Shown: piece after piece, positions 9,910-21,800 of the stretch | Position numbering within the stretch: position 1 is the first letter of the stretch | How the letters are laid out: every line of letters begins with the position of its first letter | Source of the DNA: a virus | Taxonomy: Duplodnaviria > Caudoviricetes | Direction: 5' to 3' (one strand) | Length of the DNA stretch: 64,000 bases | IMG/VR virus record: IMGVR_UViG_3300032038_000027 | Span: 32,001 to 96,000 of that record | Translations under genes and position numbers: made by a program | Notes under the pieces: model-generated | Told to the model about the DNA's origin: nothing | Databases searched by the model: none | Seen by the model: the letters and a program-made list of their open reading frames with translations, nothing else

Positions 9910-12702
9910 ATGTATAATATATCAGAAATTCCCACCATGTATGTTTATAATTCTAATAGAGCAATTAATTATGGTGCAATTAGTCAGTGTTCAGACTTTA
10001 CAGAAGATATAAGATTTGGAACTGCTTCTGAAATTAGTTTTAAAATTCCAAAGAAAATATATGATCCAGATTCTTGTGAATGGATTGATAATGTTACATA
10101 TGATAGATTAGAAAAAGATAATTTAATATTTATTGCTGATGATACTGATTATTTCACTTTTCCAAAAAGAACGATATTAGCTGATTCTGCATATAAAATT
10201 AATAATACGGATAATTCTGCCGGTTATGAGGGTGGAATGGATTTAGAATATCTTATAAATTCTGATTTGTCACATTTTAAAGTCCAGAAAGAAACAATGC
10301 TTTATAATATTTGTTCATATAGCGGGTATGATTTTGAAAGATTATCCGAGATAAATTTAACTAATGGTGAATATAAAACATTTTCTAATTGGAGAAATCA
10401 TTTTAATTTTTTGGCGTGTACTGATTTCATACCGATCAATCCATATGATGTTATTGCGGTGAGAAGTAGAAAATGGTATGGCGATTATATACCTGAAAGT
10501 GGAAATCTTACACCAGAAATTACCTTTCGATATATCACTGTATATTTTTATGAAGAGGCAGATGCAGCTACTTTTGTTGATAGATGTACTATGGGATGGA
10601 ATGTTACTAATCCAAAAGGCAGAATTAGTATAAATCAATTAATAAAAGATGGCTCACAAATTTTAAAAGAAAAAATGTCAAATGGTGGTTATATTCGTGT
10701 ATCTGTAGAAAATGGTACGGATAAAAACAATATAGGAAATACTAATTATCCGGCATATTATTATGAGGATGATTCACATGAATATATGGGTTGGACAAAA
10801 GTACCAGATGGATGGATTAAGGTATATAGCGGAGAAAAAAGGTGTATTGAAGTTGATAATGGAGTAGTTGATGGAACATATGATCTAAAAATGAGATGGT
10901 TTGTAATTAAGGACGTAGATGTTGATGACGATGGCGTTGTTCCAATTAAAACGATATCAGCTCAATCATACGAGATTACATTAAGTAATAGGAGTGTTTC
11001 ATTACAAGAGGGTACTTTACCGTTTTTTATTCCCGATGTAATAGTAAATACTGTTAATAGTGATAATTGGATTTTTGATAAACATTACGAAAAAAATAGC
11101 AGCAACGTTAGGAGCTTGGTTACAAAAAAAGGCGCACAATATATGCAAAGGGGATTGTTAAATCAAATATTAGATATTGTACCGGATTGGTCTGTCGGAC
11201 ATATTTCAAAAGAATTAATGACAAGGTATAGACAGATCGATGAAGTAGATAATATTGATATATATACATTTTTAACTGATAATGTCCAAAAAGCTTATGG
11301 GTGTTTCTTTGTATTTGATAATGATAACAAAAAAATATCTGCATACACACAAGAAGATATTATTCAAAATTCATCTGTATTTTTAGATTGGAATAATGCA
11401 ATTAAATACTTAAAAGTGAATAGTTCATCTGTTAATAGGGTAACATCGTTAAGAGTTCATACGGAAAATGATTTGTATGGTCTTGGACTTGTTAATCCAT
11501 TTGGTGGCAACACAATTTATAATTTTTCTGAAGTGCTTGACCAAATGGATTTTGTTGCAGATAACACCGATAATGACCCGTGGCAACGCAATCAAATTTT
11601 ATCATCTAATAATACTTTTGTAAGATATAGAACATTAAAAGAAGCTGTAATTCAAATGATGAATTTTGCGGCTAATCCTCGGCTGACATATACTTATGGT
11701 GGATTTATAAATCCTTTTCAAAATGGTATTCCAATGCAAAGTATAGACGATTATTATAATTGTGCAAAAAATTTTATTGATGCAAACAATCAATTAGTTA
11801 AGGCAAGATCGAGAAAGAGAGAATCATTAACACAATTTAAAATAGTTGTCGATAAGATAAATACTTTATTAGCGGATTATCATCCAAATAATTACGAAAA
11901 TTATTTGTTGTCAGAAATTCCTAATAATAGCCCATTACCTACAACACAATCATCATATTCTAATTATGTTAATAAAAGCCTGTATCAAGAGTATCGAACT
12001 GCGTGTAAAAATTATTGGGATAATGATTCAGAATTAGGTGTAATTGGAATTGATGTCGGTGGTGTGTCTGAAAGATGTTCTTTATATACACAATATTTAT
12101 TATATTATTCTGCATTACGTCAGGTATCGCAAAGGCTAAATTTGAATTATAAGAGGCAAGTTGAGTTAATTAATAAATATCCAGATGGTGATATTGCCTC
12201 ACCAAGGTCGGCTTCTGATTACGCAAATGTTGATATTGTTAGTATATTAACTCCTAAAGAGATATTGGCATTACAACCCTTTATTATTGAAGGAGATTGG
12301 GTAAATGAAAATTTAGTATTTTCAGAAGATTATAGTGGCGAAGATATCATTGATGTATTAGATCAGGCAAAATCACAGGCAAATTATGACTTAAACAATT
12401 TGTATTCAAAATATAATTATGATTTTGAATTGGATATGGCGAATTTCATTAAATTAACAGAAATGGATGAACAATCTAAAAGACTTAGAATTGGACAGAC
12501 ATTACATATTAATGTTGATACTCAAAAATGGATTTCACCTATATTATTAGAAATTCATATTAATTATACTGACCCAAGCGACTTCTCAATGAAATTCACT
12601 ACTGATTATAACAGGAAAATTACATCATTTCGATATGCGGATTTATATGACTCAATTACCAAAATAAGTGTTTCAAATAATCAATTTACTTTTGATGAAT
12701 AA
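9910..12702 (+). CDS. Tail tip / Tal-like baseplate hub protein
   Basis: Follows Dit; SEISFKIP, WSVGHIS, F.FDNDNKKI, and LRIGQT.HI motifs resemble prophage tail spike proteins. Confidence 0.6.
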   Translation: MYNISEIPTMYVYNSNRAINYGAISQCSDFTEDIRFGTASEISFKIPKKIYDPDSCEWIDNVTYDRLEKDNLIFIADDTDYFTFPKRTILADSAYKINNTDNSAGYEGGMDLEYLINSDLSHFKVQKETMLYNICSYSGYDFERLSEINLTNGEYKTFSNWRNHFNFLACTDFIPINPYDVIAVRSRKWYGDYIPESGNLTPEITFRYITVYFYEEADAATFVDRCTMGWNVTNPKGRISINQLIKDGSQILKEKMSNGGYIRVSVENGTDKNNIGNTNYPAYYYEDDSHEYMGWTKVPDGWIKVYSGEKRCIEVDNGVVDGTYDLKMRWFVIKDVDVDDDGVVPIKTISAQSYEITLSNRSVSLQEGTLPFFIPDVIVNTVNSDNWIFDKHYEKNSSNVRSLVTKKGAQYMQRGLLNQILDIVPDWSVGHISKELMTRYRQIDEVDNIDIYTFLTDNVQKAYGCFFVFDNDNKKISAYTQEDIIQNSSVFLDWNNAIKYLKVNSSSVNRVTSLRVHTENDLYGLGLVNPFGGNTIYNFSEVLDQMDFVADNTDNDPWQRNQILSSNNTFVRYRTLKEAVIQMMNFAANPRLTYTYGGFINPFQNGIPMQSIDDYYNCAKNFIDANNQLVKARSRKRESLTQFKIVVDKINTLLADYHPNNYENYLLSEIPNNSPLPTTQSSYSNYVNKSLYQEYRTACKNYWDNDSELGVIGIDVGGVSERCSLYTQYLLYYSALRQVSQRLNLNYKRQVELINKYPDGDIASPRSASDYANVDIVSILTPKEILALQPFIIEGDWVNENLVFSEDYSGEDIIDVLDQAKSQANYDLNNLYSKYNYDFELDMANFIKLTEMDEQSKRLRIGQTLHINVDTQKWISPILLEIHINYTDPSDFSMKFTTDYNRKITSFRYADLYDSITKISVSNNQFTFDE

Positions 12703-12716
12703 GAAAGGAGGTTTTT

Positions 12717-15170
12717 ATGTCAGAATATTTTTCATATGATGAAATATATAATATTTATGCTTGGAGAGATAATCATCTAAAACTTGTTTCTGTACAAGGC
12801 GAGGGAACAAATGCAACCGTAAATGAATTAACAGAAGATGATTTATTAAAAGCTCCACATTTTCAACTTCATGATGAAAGAGGCATTTTAGCTATACCCG
12901 ATAATGGAAACCCAAGAGTTGAGCTTGCTGTTAAGAAGCAAAATGGAACTGAGGATTTATTGGATTGTGTAATTTCCGATGCTGATAACGGAATTATAAT
13001 CTGTCCTATTCGCAAATCATTAACTGATGTTCCCGGATATGTTGAGGGAGAAATTAGATTAATTTCTGCTAATGCTGTTATTAAATTCACTGGAATTAAT
13101 TTTTATATTTATGATGGTGTTTCTGATAATGCCGCTATGCAAAGTTCTCAATTTAGTGATTTGATTTTAGCTTTACAACAGGTTAGTGCAATTATTACTG
13201 GCGGGTCAAGCGGTACTATTTCTTTAGATACCGAAATAAAACATAACGGAACAAAGCCTGTAGCAAGTGGAGTTATATATGATTTTGTTGATGGAAATTA
13301 TTTTAGATATAAGAGTATATCTAACGATGAAGCCGACACAGCAAATGATTCAAGAACTATATATATACATCATGTAAATGGATTTCGCGGCATAATATTT
13401 TTTGCCGGATATAATAATTATAATGGAACAACTACTGTAAAACAATTCCGCTTATGCAAAGATGGAAAATTCGAATATAGAACAGGCACGGTCAAGACAC
13501 CTGTAGATAATCCTAATAAATATGATTGGGATAAAACATATAGCGAGAATTGGAATCCGATTGGTTCGACATTCAATATTCAAGATGCAGCTATTATCGC
13601 TGCTAAAATAGCTAATAATGCTGTTATTACTGAAAAAATACAAGATTCAGCAGTAACTACGAATAAAATTGCAAATTCGGCAGTAGTTGAAGGTAAAATT
13701 GCAGATGGTTCTGTAACTACGGCAAAAATCAATAATGCGGCAGTAACTGAAAATAAAATTGCTGATAGCGCTATTACAACTAATAAAATTGCTACAAAAG
13801 CGGTAACAAGCGCAAAAATTGATGATGGTGCAGTAACAACGGATAAAATTGAAGATTCTGCTGTTACAACTGATAAGATTCGTAATTCGTCTGTTTCAAC
13901 TGCTAAATTAGCCAATGGTTCTGTAGAAACAAGTAAAATTGCAGATAGCGCTGTAACTACTAATAAGATCAATGATTCAGCCGTTTCTAACTCAAAGATA
14001 GCTGATAATGCAGTTTCAAGTGGTAAAATCGCTGATAATGCTGTCATTACAGATAAGATTGCGACAAGAGCTGTCACGCCTAATAAATTAGATCGAACAT
14101 ACAAAGAAAGTCTAAGCATTTCAGCAAACGAAATTGATGATGCGGTACAAGAGAACGTTATTTATCATACCATTGTAGGTGGCGAAGTAGCTTCAGTAAG
14201 ATGTGTTTATAATGGTTCAGCATTACGCGCACAATACGCTGAAACTGTTAGTGGTAAATTAAAATACCGTACACAGGCTAAAGCCGCAGATGAATGGCAA
14301 GCATGGAGTGATTGGCATTTATATGCTTCAACTCAAAATATTGAAAATGGCGCGATAACAGCAGACAAAATTGGTACGAACGCTGTAACTTCTATAAAGA
14401 TAAATAATGGCGCTGTATCAACTGATAAAATCGCTAATTATGCGGTAACGGCTGATAAACTTGCTAATAATTCAGTAACCGAAAGTAAGATACAAGATAG
14501 TGCTATTACTACTGGTAAAATAAATACGGGTGCTGTTACTACTGGTAAAATTGCAAATGGTGCGGTAACCGCTGAAAAATTAGCAGAAACCTATGTTCAA
14601 ACAATTCGTACTATTGCAGGTATTGATTTAAAGGATAATATTACAGATTCAGAACTTGCTCATGCTTTGTCTTATACTTTGGTCAATAATGAGGGTCTTT
14701 TAAATCGTGCGCAAAACATTCATATAGGCAAAAATAATGTTCCTGTTACTGGCGGCAGTTTACAATCTTATTATGTTAATGATATTTATGTAAATTCGCT
14801 AACTGGTGATTTATGGATATGCAAGACGGCTGTTTTAAATTCAGTGTGGCAATATACATGGGATTATCGTGGTTCAGTATATAATTATCCATTATTTCTT
14901 ACTTGTGAAATTGATAGCGATAATTGGGATAACAATGAATATGATCTAACATCTGAATTAAGAAGTGCCGCTAATGGAAGAAATATGGTTGATATTAATT
15001 TGGATGATACGACATATAATCAATTAGTTATAGATGGTTGCTATGGTTTATATGTTGAAACTGATACAAGCCAATCACAACCTACTTTTACATTACACGC
15101 TATGAATAATGCACCAACTGTAGATATAACTATTCAACTCATTTTGAGTCAAGTAGTTATATCACAATAA
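12717..15170 (+). CDS. BppU-like upper baseplate / tail fibre protein with 10-aa repeats
   Basis: N-terminal KKQNG...D..NGII...LTDVPGYVEGEI (BppU-like) and AVTTxKIAD repeats. Confidence 0.65.
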   Translation: MSEYFSYDEIYNIYAWRDNHLKLVSVQGEGTNATVNELTEDDLLKAPHFQLHDERGILAIPDNGNPRVELAVKKQNGTEDLLDCVISDADNGIIICPIRKSLTDVPGYVEGEIRLISANAVIKFTGINFYIYDGVSDNAAMQSSQFSDLILALQQVSAIITGGSSGTISLDTEIKHNGTKPVASGVIYDFVDGNYFRYKSISNDEADTANDSRTIYIHHVNGFRGIIFFAGYNNYNGTTTVKQFRLCKDGKFEYRTGTVKTPVDNPNKYDWDKTYSENWNPIGSTFNIQDAAIIAAKIANNAVITEKIQDSAVTTNKIANSAVVEGKIADGSVTTAKINNAAVTENKIADSAITTNKIATKAVTSAKIDDGAVTTDKIEDSAVTTDKIRNSSVSTAKLANGSVETSKIADSAVTTNKINDSAVSNSKIADNAVSSGKIADNAVITDKIATRAVTPNKLDRTYKESLSISANEIDDAVQENVIYHTIVGGEVASVRCVYNGSALRAQYAETVSGKLKYRTQAKAADEWQAWSDWHLYASTQNIENGAITADKIGTNAVTSIKINNGAVSTDKIANYAVTADKLANNSVTESKIQDSAITTGKINTGAVTTGKIANGAVTAEKLAETYVQTIRTIAGIDLKDNITDSELAHALSYTLVNNEGLLNRAQNIHIGKNNVPVTGGSLQSYYVNDIYVNSLTGDLWICKTAVLNSVWQYTWDYRGSVYNYPLFLTCEIDSDNWDNNEYDLTSELRSAANGRNMVDINLDDTTYNQLVIDGCYGLYVETDTSQSQPTFTLHAMNNAPTVDITIQLILSQVVISQ
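13587..14096 (+). repeat. About 17 x 30-nt degenerate coding repeats (xAVTTxKIAD)
   Basis: Counted in the translation; a second block of about 8 units lies at ~14349-14588. Confidence 0.85.
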
Positions 15171-15198
15171 AAATGTCTTTTGATTTGGAGGTGAATGT

Positions 15199-16359
15199 AT
15201 GAAAAATGTGAAATTATATGACAAATTCGGTAATGAAATTGAATATTTGACACGTTGGGATTTAAATGTTAATGTTCAAATTCATGATTTTGATTATGGA
15301 ATTGCGCCGATTTGTCATTTTGCCACAAGATATGATAATACATCTATGACTGTTACCGCAAATTTAAAAGATAATATTGCTTCTGTTGAAATACCTAACA
15401 TATTATTGACTGAAACAGAAACCATTGATATGTTTGTGTTTTTATATGATGAAGAAACAGATAGCGGACGAACATTATATACAATTCGTATTCCGGTTCG
15501 TGATAAGCCGAAACCTGATGATTATGAATATAGCGATAATTACGATATTGTTCAGATCAGCGTATTGAAAGCTGAGATTGAAGCCTTTCTTGCTGAAACT
15601 AAAGTTTTGGTAAATACCATGCTTGAAGAATTGAAAGATTCTTATGATATGCAAGTATTGGAAATCAAAAATGATATTCATGCGGATGTTGTGCGGCTCA
15701 ATCAAGAGATCAGCGAAAATAACGCGCAATTAACAGAGGATATTACAACTGCTCGCGAAACTTTAGAAAATGATATCACTACTTCTCGTGAAACCCTTGA
15801 AAATGATATTACTACATCAAATAGCGAGCTGACTGAAAAAATTGATAATGCTGTTGATACGTTACTAAATGGTATACAAGATGGAACACCTAAAGGCGTA
15901 TTCTCTGATGTATCTGATCTCGCTAATAAAGAAGAAGGAATTTATTTATTTATAAATAATGAGAGTCCAAATAATGGGTATATTTATTATTGGGATGGTG
16001 AAACATTATCAGATAGGTTATTATATTATGCCGGAATGGTTATCAATAATAATACTATAACTTACGAGATGTTGACAGATGAATTAAAGAAGCAATCCGT
16101 AGGAACTATAAAACCATATATTCTGCTTGCAAATAATTGGGAAAATGGTGTACAAGCTATTAATGTAGCACAATATACGCCGACAATACACACAAAGGCT
16201 GATATTGACATTGATGCAAACACTTTAATACAGCTTGCAAGAATCGGATGTATAGGTATATATGTGATGACTGATAATAATGGGCTTTTTGCCCACGCAA
16301 TAGGAGAAACACCTAATATGGATGTTTCTATACAATTAACATTAAAAGAAATGGTTTGA
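15199..16359 (+). CDS. Minor tail/baseplate protein with 11-aa coiled-coil repeats
   Basis: V.IPNILL...IPVRDKPKPDDY N-domain; LENDITTSRET-like unit x3; GTPKGVF motif. Confidence 0.55.
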   Translation: MKNVKLYDKFGNEIEYLTRWDLNVNVQIHDFDYGIAPICHFATRYDNTSMTVTANLKDNIASVEIPNILLTETETIDMFVFLYDEETDSGRTLYTIRIPVRDKPKPDDYEYSDNYDIVQISVLKAEIEAFLAETKVLVNTMLEELKDSYDMQVLEIKNDIHADVVRLNQEISENNAQLTEDITTARETLENDITTSRETLENDITTSNSELTEKIDNAVDTLLNGIQDGTPKGVFSDVSDLANKEEGIYLFINNESPNNGYIYYWDGETLSDRLLYYAGMVINNNTITYEMLTDELKKQSVGTIKPYILLANNWENGVQAINVAQYTPTIHTKADIDIDANTLIQLARIGCIGIYVMTDNNGLFAHAIGETPNMDVSIQLTLKEMV

Positions 16360-16363
16360 TATG

Positions 16364-16391
16364 AGTCGTGATCTTAATGGTCACGACTTTT
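16364..16391 (+). terminator. Rho-independent terminator
   Basis: agtcgtgatc-ttaat-ggtcacgact followed by ttt. Confidence 0.65.
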
Positions 16392-16426
16392 ATTATATTT
16401 CAAAGAACCGATAGAGGTGGTTTTGT

Positions 16427-16822
16427 ATGAGATACTTGACTAAACGTGGGTTCGAAGAAGAAATGGAAAAAATCAAAAAGAGAAATAAGCAGATCGAGCT
16501 TAAACAAGCCTTGCAAACGGAAAAGGATAAATATAAGAAACCAAAGATGGAAACGAGCAAAAAATTGATGATCTATATGTTTGTTTTATTCAATATTGTT
16601 CTATTCTATGCTTTGATTGCCATGTGGCATTTCCAAAATTTATCTTATCTCGGTGTAATTATTTCAGATATTGCAGGACAAGCGGTAAATTATGGCATTT
16701 ATTGCTTAAAGGCTTTTAATAGCAAAAAATCGTCTGAAGAAATGAAATTTAAGAAAGAGAAATTTGAAATTGAGCAAGGCATTAATGAAAATGAAGAAAA
16801 TATGGAGGAAGAACAATGTTGA
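16427..16822 (+). CDS. Two-TM membrane protein, holin-like
   Basis: Two hydrophobic segments; first gene of the lysis cassette. Confidence 0.5.
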   Translation: MRYLTKRGFEEEMEKIKKRNKQIELKQALQTEKDKYKKPKMETSKKLMIYMFVLFNIVLFYALIAMWHFQNLSYLGVIISDIAGQAVNYGIYCLKAFNSKKSSEEMKFKKEKFEIEQGINENEENMEEEQC

Positions 16823-17268
16823 CAGGTATTCAAAATTTTTTGCAGTATATCACAGATAATTGGACTACTATTACGATAATTATCGCTTTGCTGATTGGGT
16901 TATATGTAAGAATTAAAGCGTTTGTCAAAAAGGTTAAAGTGGAAAAGGACGCAAACGAGAAAAAGCAATTAGAAGAATTGATTGCTTGCGCTAAAAAACA
17001 AGCGGCTGAAATGATTCTAAAATGGGTTACTGATGCTGAAATTGATTATGAATCATGGACAAAAGCGGGCGCAATTAAACGATCTCAGGTAATTGAAAAA
17101 GTATTTGAGAAATTCCCTGTTTTAACCAAAGTTACTAATCAAGACGAAGTAATCGCATGGATTGATGAAACTATTAATACTGCTTTAAAAGATTTGAGAA
17201 AGATTGTTGCAGAAAACAAAGAGGCTGCAAAAGAAGAAATTGTTGAGCAAAACGAATTGAGCGAATAA
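16816..17268 (+). CDS. Putative holin (LL-H-like)
   Basis: Single N-terminal TM, V..AE...G.IK motif; directly upstream of the endolysin. Confidence 0.6.
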   Translation: MLTGIQNFLQYITDNWTTITIIIALLIGLYVRIKAFVKKVKVEKDANEKKQLEELIACAKKQAAEMILKWVTDAEIDYESWTKAGAIKRSQVIEKVFEKFPVLTKVTNQDEVIAWIDETINTALKDLRKIVAENKEAAKEEIVEQNELSE

Positions 17269-17314
17269 ACATATAACTTGCTATAAAGCAAGTACAAAAA
17301 AAGGAGGCTATGTT

Positions 17315-18259
17315 ATGGCTACTGCTAATGATATTATTAGAATTGCGCAATCTCAGGTAGGAACATATGCAACTGCCGTTAAGAAATGTAAGTATAATAC
17401 ATGGTATTATGGCTCTGCTGTATCAGGTAGTGAATATGATTGGTGCGAAGTGTTCGTACAATGGGTATTCGATCAGGCGGGTGCCTCTTCCCTATTGTAT
17501 AACAAAACTGCTAATTGTGGTTATGCCGCTAAAGCATTTCAAGATAGAGGTAGACTTGTTACATCTGGTTATAAAGCAGGTGACGTTGTATTCTTCCATT
17601 GGAGCAGCGAACGCTCTACTTTAGTACCGGGTACATATGTAAGTGACCACGTTGGTATTATTAAATCTGTTAATTCCAATGGTACTTATACTACAATCGA
17701 AGGTAATACTGGCGGCGGCAACGGCGCTGTATTAGAACAAACACGTTATGCTTCACAGATTTCGTGTGCGGGTAGACCTGCTTATTCCGGCTCGTCATCT
17801 GGCGGCGGTACATCAAGCGGCGACTATAATCCCGATATCACATATCGTGTTAGAACAATGAAAAAGGGTTGGCTACCTGCCGTTAAAAATTTAGAAGATT
17901 ACGCAGGTATTGAGAACGATGCTATTACTGCTATTACTATGACAACCGATGTAGGTTCAGTATGGTATCAAGTATATTCTGGCGGTAAATGGTTAAGCAA
18001 AATTTCAGGCTATAGCACGACTGATTCTTCAAAATACGCAGGATATAGTTCAAACGATAAGCCTGTAACTGGTTTAAGAGTATATTATAACTCACCAAAA
18101 GCGCCATATTATGAGGCAAAATATCGTGTGTCTGTAATTGGTTCTACTGGCTATTATGATTATCAATATGATGATGATACGTCAAACGGCATGGATGGTT
18201 ATGCGGGTGATTTAAAGAAATCTATTGATAAAGTTGAAATTTCGTTAGTTAAAGCATAA
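17315..18259 (+). CDS. Endolysin: CHAP domain plus C-terminal cell-wall-binding region
   Basis: WCEVFVQW, DHVGII, TIEGNT; Gly/Ser linker; ITYRVRT..GWLP repeats. Confidence 0.88.
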   Translation: MATANDIIRIAQSQVGTYATAVKKCKYNTWYYGSAVSGSEYDWCEVFVQWVFDQAGASSLLYNKTANCGYAAKAFQDRGRLVTSGYKAGDVVFFHWSSERSTLVPGTYVSDHVGIIKSVNSNGTYTTIEGNTGGGNGAVLEQTRYASQISCAGRPAYSGSSSGGGTSSGDYNPDITYRVRTMKKGWLPAVKNLEDYAGIENDAITAITMTTDVGSVWYQVYSGGKWLSKISGYSTTDSSKYAGYSSNDKPVTGLRVYYNSPKAPYYEAKYRVSVIGSTGYYDYQYDDDTSNGMDGYAGDLKKSIDKVEISLVKA

Positions 18260-18277
18260 TTAGAAGGAGATACGCCA

Positions 18278-18754
18278 ATGGACACGCAATCGGTTTGGGA
18301 AGTATTAGCGCAAATTCCGATTGGTACTATTGTGGCATGGGTTATTGTGATCGTTGCAATCATCACCGCATTGTGTACTGGAATTTTTAAAACATATAAA
18401 GCGTTTTCGAAATACAGAGAGTTAAAAGAAGAAAATGAGCGGTATCAGCATCTTGTCGAACAAAATTCGCAGATGTTGCAAGAAATAAATGAAAAGTTTG
18501 ATAAGATGAATAAAGAATTTGAATCGCAACGAAAGATCAACTATAAACAAGTAAGATTTGAGATTATTCATACCTGTGATGAAGCGTTAAGCTCTGGTCA
18601 TATCTCGGCAAATAAATATAAATCTTTAATTGAAATGTATGATGAATATGTCGAAGTGTTTTCTGATATGAAACCTAATGGGTATGTACATAATCAAATT
18701 GATAGGGTTAAAGACCCACAACAAGTAAAAATTGTTGGAAAAGTAGATGAATAA
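18278..18754 (+). CDS. Membrane-anchored coiled-coil protein (lysis-cassette associated)
   Basis: N-terminal TM then coiled coil; MYDEY...NGY motif. Confidence 0.45.
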   Translation: MDTQSVWEVLAQIPIGTIVAWVIVIVAIITALCTGIFKTYKAFSKYRELKEENERYQHLVEQNSQMLQEINEKFDKMNKEFESQRKINYKQVRFEIIHTCDEALSSGHISANKYKSLIEMYDEYVEVFSDMKPNGYVHNQIDRVKDPQQVKIVGKVDE

Positions 18755-18762
18755 TTTAAGAC

Positions 18763-18797
18763 AGAATAGCGGGCGCAGAAATGCGTCCGTTTATTCT
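18763..18797 (+). terminator. Hairpin terminator after the lysis cassette
   Basis: agaatagcgggcgca-gaaa-tgcgtccgtttattct followed by a T-rich tract. Confidence 0.6.
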
Positions 18798-18828
18798 ATT
18801 TATTAATTTAGAAAGAGGTGGATTTTTA

Positions 18829-21800
18829 ATGATTATAGGTCGTATTGCTTATGCGGCTTCTCCATCGCAAGAGGATTTTAGAGTATTTGATACTGAGAAT
18901 GAACTTTTGACTTATTTAGAAACGCCAAGTGCTAAAGCAGGTCAGAGTTTTAAATTGCTTGATACTACAAGCACACCGAGCAAATATAAAACCTATACCA
19001 TTCAAAATGATGGTCATGGTGGATTAACTTATACGGCTTCTGGTGCAGGAGATTATGTTACCGCCATTGGGCAGGATTTCCCGGAAGTCGGTGATAAAGA
19101 TTTAAACTATTATAAATATAATGGCGAAAAACGAGTTTATGAACATTATCGTTATGATGAAAGTTCTGAGGACTATATTATGGTCGGCGGCGACACATAT
19201 AGTCAAGACGAAATTGATGAAATGTTTGACAATTTGGCTTATGTAGCCGATGTTTCAGATACAGCTACGGGTATTATTTTTACGTTTAAAGATGGTACAA
19301 CTAAAACCATTCCATTAAGCAGAGAAATCGTAGTTTCTGACGTAAACCCGCATCTCGATCAGGATAATATTCAAGATGGTATTTCTATTGAATACACAAA
19401 TGGTGACACTAAATTTATTGAAATTAGAGGCGGTGGCGGCGGTAGTTCGACATCTGGTTCTGCCACTATTACTCGTATTACCGATGCTTCAACTCAATGT
19501 GTATTTAGTGACCATACTTGCCCTATTTCATATTCTTTTACTGCCGTAGATTCATCTGGTGATGTTGTAGGTGATGGTGCAGCTACTTGGTATGTCAACG
19601 GTATTCGTCGTGCTACATCTACCGCAAAGCAGGGCAGCAATACGTTTGATGTAGGTCAATATTTAGTTGCAGGTGTTAATAATATTAAAATTTCTGTTGT
19701 CGTTGATACTGGCGGCGAAAGCCCGATTACTGTCACTAAAACATGGACTGTTAATGCTATCAATATGTATGTTGAATGGAATTATAATGAAGCAACGATT
19801 CATACAGATGACACGTTTAGTATTGAATGGACACCATATGGTGATTTGGTAAAAACTACTCATATCATTATTAATGAAGGAACTCCAAGCGAAATCGTAA
19901 GGACTTCTACTACGGCAAAATCTGGCGATCCTGAGAGTATTGAATTATCTAAACTTTCTCATGGTAGTCATATGGTTAAATTATATGTTACTGCGGTTGT
20001 TAATGATAATGAAATTTCTACTACGCCAATGTACCATGATATGATTTTCGTAGATGATGAATCTACTACTCCGATTATTGCAACTAATTTTAGAGGCACT
20101 ACTATGACGCAGTACAACACTGTGCGTATTCCTATTGTTGCTTATACTCCGAACAGTTTAACATCTGACGTTATTTTCTCGGTTAATGGAGTTGAAGTTG
20201 GTAGATGGATGAATTGTGATAGAACATTACATAATTTCAACTATACGCCAACAGATTATGGTACAAAAACATTCCGCGTTACTAACGGTAGCATTTATCG
20301 TGAGTTTACTATTGTTGTTGAAGAACTTGACATTGATAACGAGGAAATTGCGAACTATAAATTCAAATTAAAAGCAAGTGATTTTGCGGGTAACGATAAC
20401 TTGCGTGCATGGTCACAGGATGGCGTTGATTTAACATTCTCTGATAATTTCGATTGGGATAATGGCGGTATTAAGACCGAAGAAGATTCTGAGGGAAATA
20501 TCAGACAGTATATTTGCGTTAAAGCAGGTACAAGAATGACGATCAATCACAAGCCGTTTAGTACCGATATTCGTACAGCCGGACAGACTTTCAAATTTAT
20601 TTTCAAAACGGTTAATTGCCGCAATTATGATGCCAAAATCGCAACTTGTTTTGCGGATAATGTTGGTATTGAGATGTATGCTTATAAAGCAACATTTAGA
20701 TCGACTGGTACAAAGATTTCAGTTGATTATAGCGATAATGAATATATTGAATTTGAATATGATGTATATCCGTCAAACGCTAAAGGTCGTTATATGATGA
20801 CATGGCTTGACGGTGTGCCTTCATCTGCTCGTGTGTATAACGCTTCTGATAGCTTTACACAGGGTATTAATAATCAAAAGAATATCGTTATCGGTTCTGA
20901 TGATTGTGATGTATATATTTATCTTGCAAAATTATATAATCGTGGTTTATCAAGAGATAATCATATTGAAAACTTTATTGCTGATGCACCAAATGCGCAA
21001 GAAATGTTAAAGCGTTATACTCGTAATGATATTCTTGATAATAAAATTATTAGTTATCAGAAACTATATCAAAACAATCCTGATTGTCGTGTATGGTTAT
21101 ATGATATTCCTTATATGACTACGGGTAAAAAGGACTATGTTGATAATTGTATTTTTAATCAGTTCTGGGTTAATGGCGATCAGTATTATACATTATCAGG
21201 TGTTGGTACAATGTCTGTACAGGGTACTTCATCTGTTGACTATATTCGTGGTGCGGCAAATACGGATATCAACTTCAAGGTCTTAAAAGATGGTTATGAC
21301 AACGATCTATTAGAGAATGGTGTTGTAGAGAAAGATTTATACGGTAATAACTATTATGTTGGTGATAAATCTACTGGTCATGTTACTGTGTTCGATGTAG
21401 ATGAAAACACTAAATTAACCGCAGATTGTATTCCGATTGAGAGAGATTCAAGCGGTAATGTTACAAAGTATATTAAAGCATTAGGCTATAAAGTCAATGA
21501 TGATTCTACTCCTATTTCATATTCTAACACGAAAGTAAATTTTGCTTCTTGTGAGCAAGTTAATAATATGCTTAATGCGGCATGGTATCAGCGTTTTCAG
21601 CCTTATAAGAGTAAGACACCGCGCGATTGTATGGAATTTGCTATGGGTGTTCAGTTTATTAAGGACGAAGGTAATATCCCTGATACAGAATCACACTTTA
21701 TTCTATTTGATAATGATAGATACAACTTCTATTCTATTGCAAACATGGGTACAAGTAAAAAGAATGTTCATGTATTCCATGATATGTCTAATCCGAATGA

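Noticed and set aside
13580-14119. Antisense ORFs such as 13580-14119, 4276-4830, 48487-48972 and 62763-63209
   Set aside because: Shadows of repetitive or real genes on the opposite strand, with no recognisable motifs.
9010-18754. Additional DGR variable regions in other tail genes
   Set aside because: No further match to the TR (tggtggttgcgctctccg / gcgctttgcccc) was noticed by eye; an exhaustive alignment was not possible.
18781-18828. ATG 18781 as the start of the giant DGR target
   Set aside because: It lies within a terminator hairpin; the RBS precedes ATG 18829.
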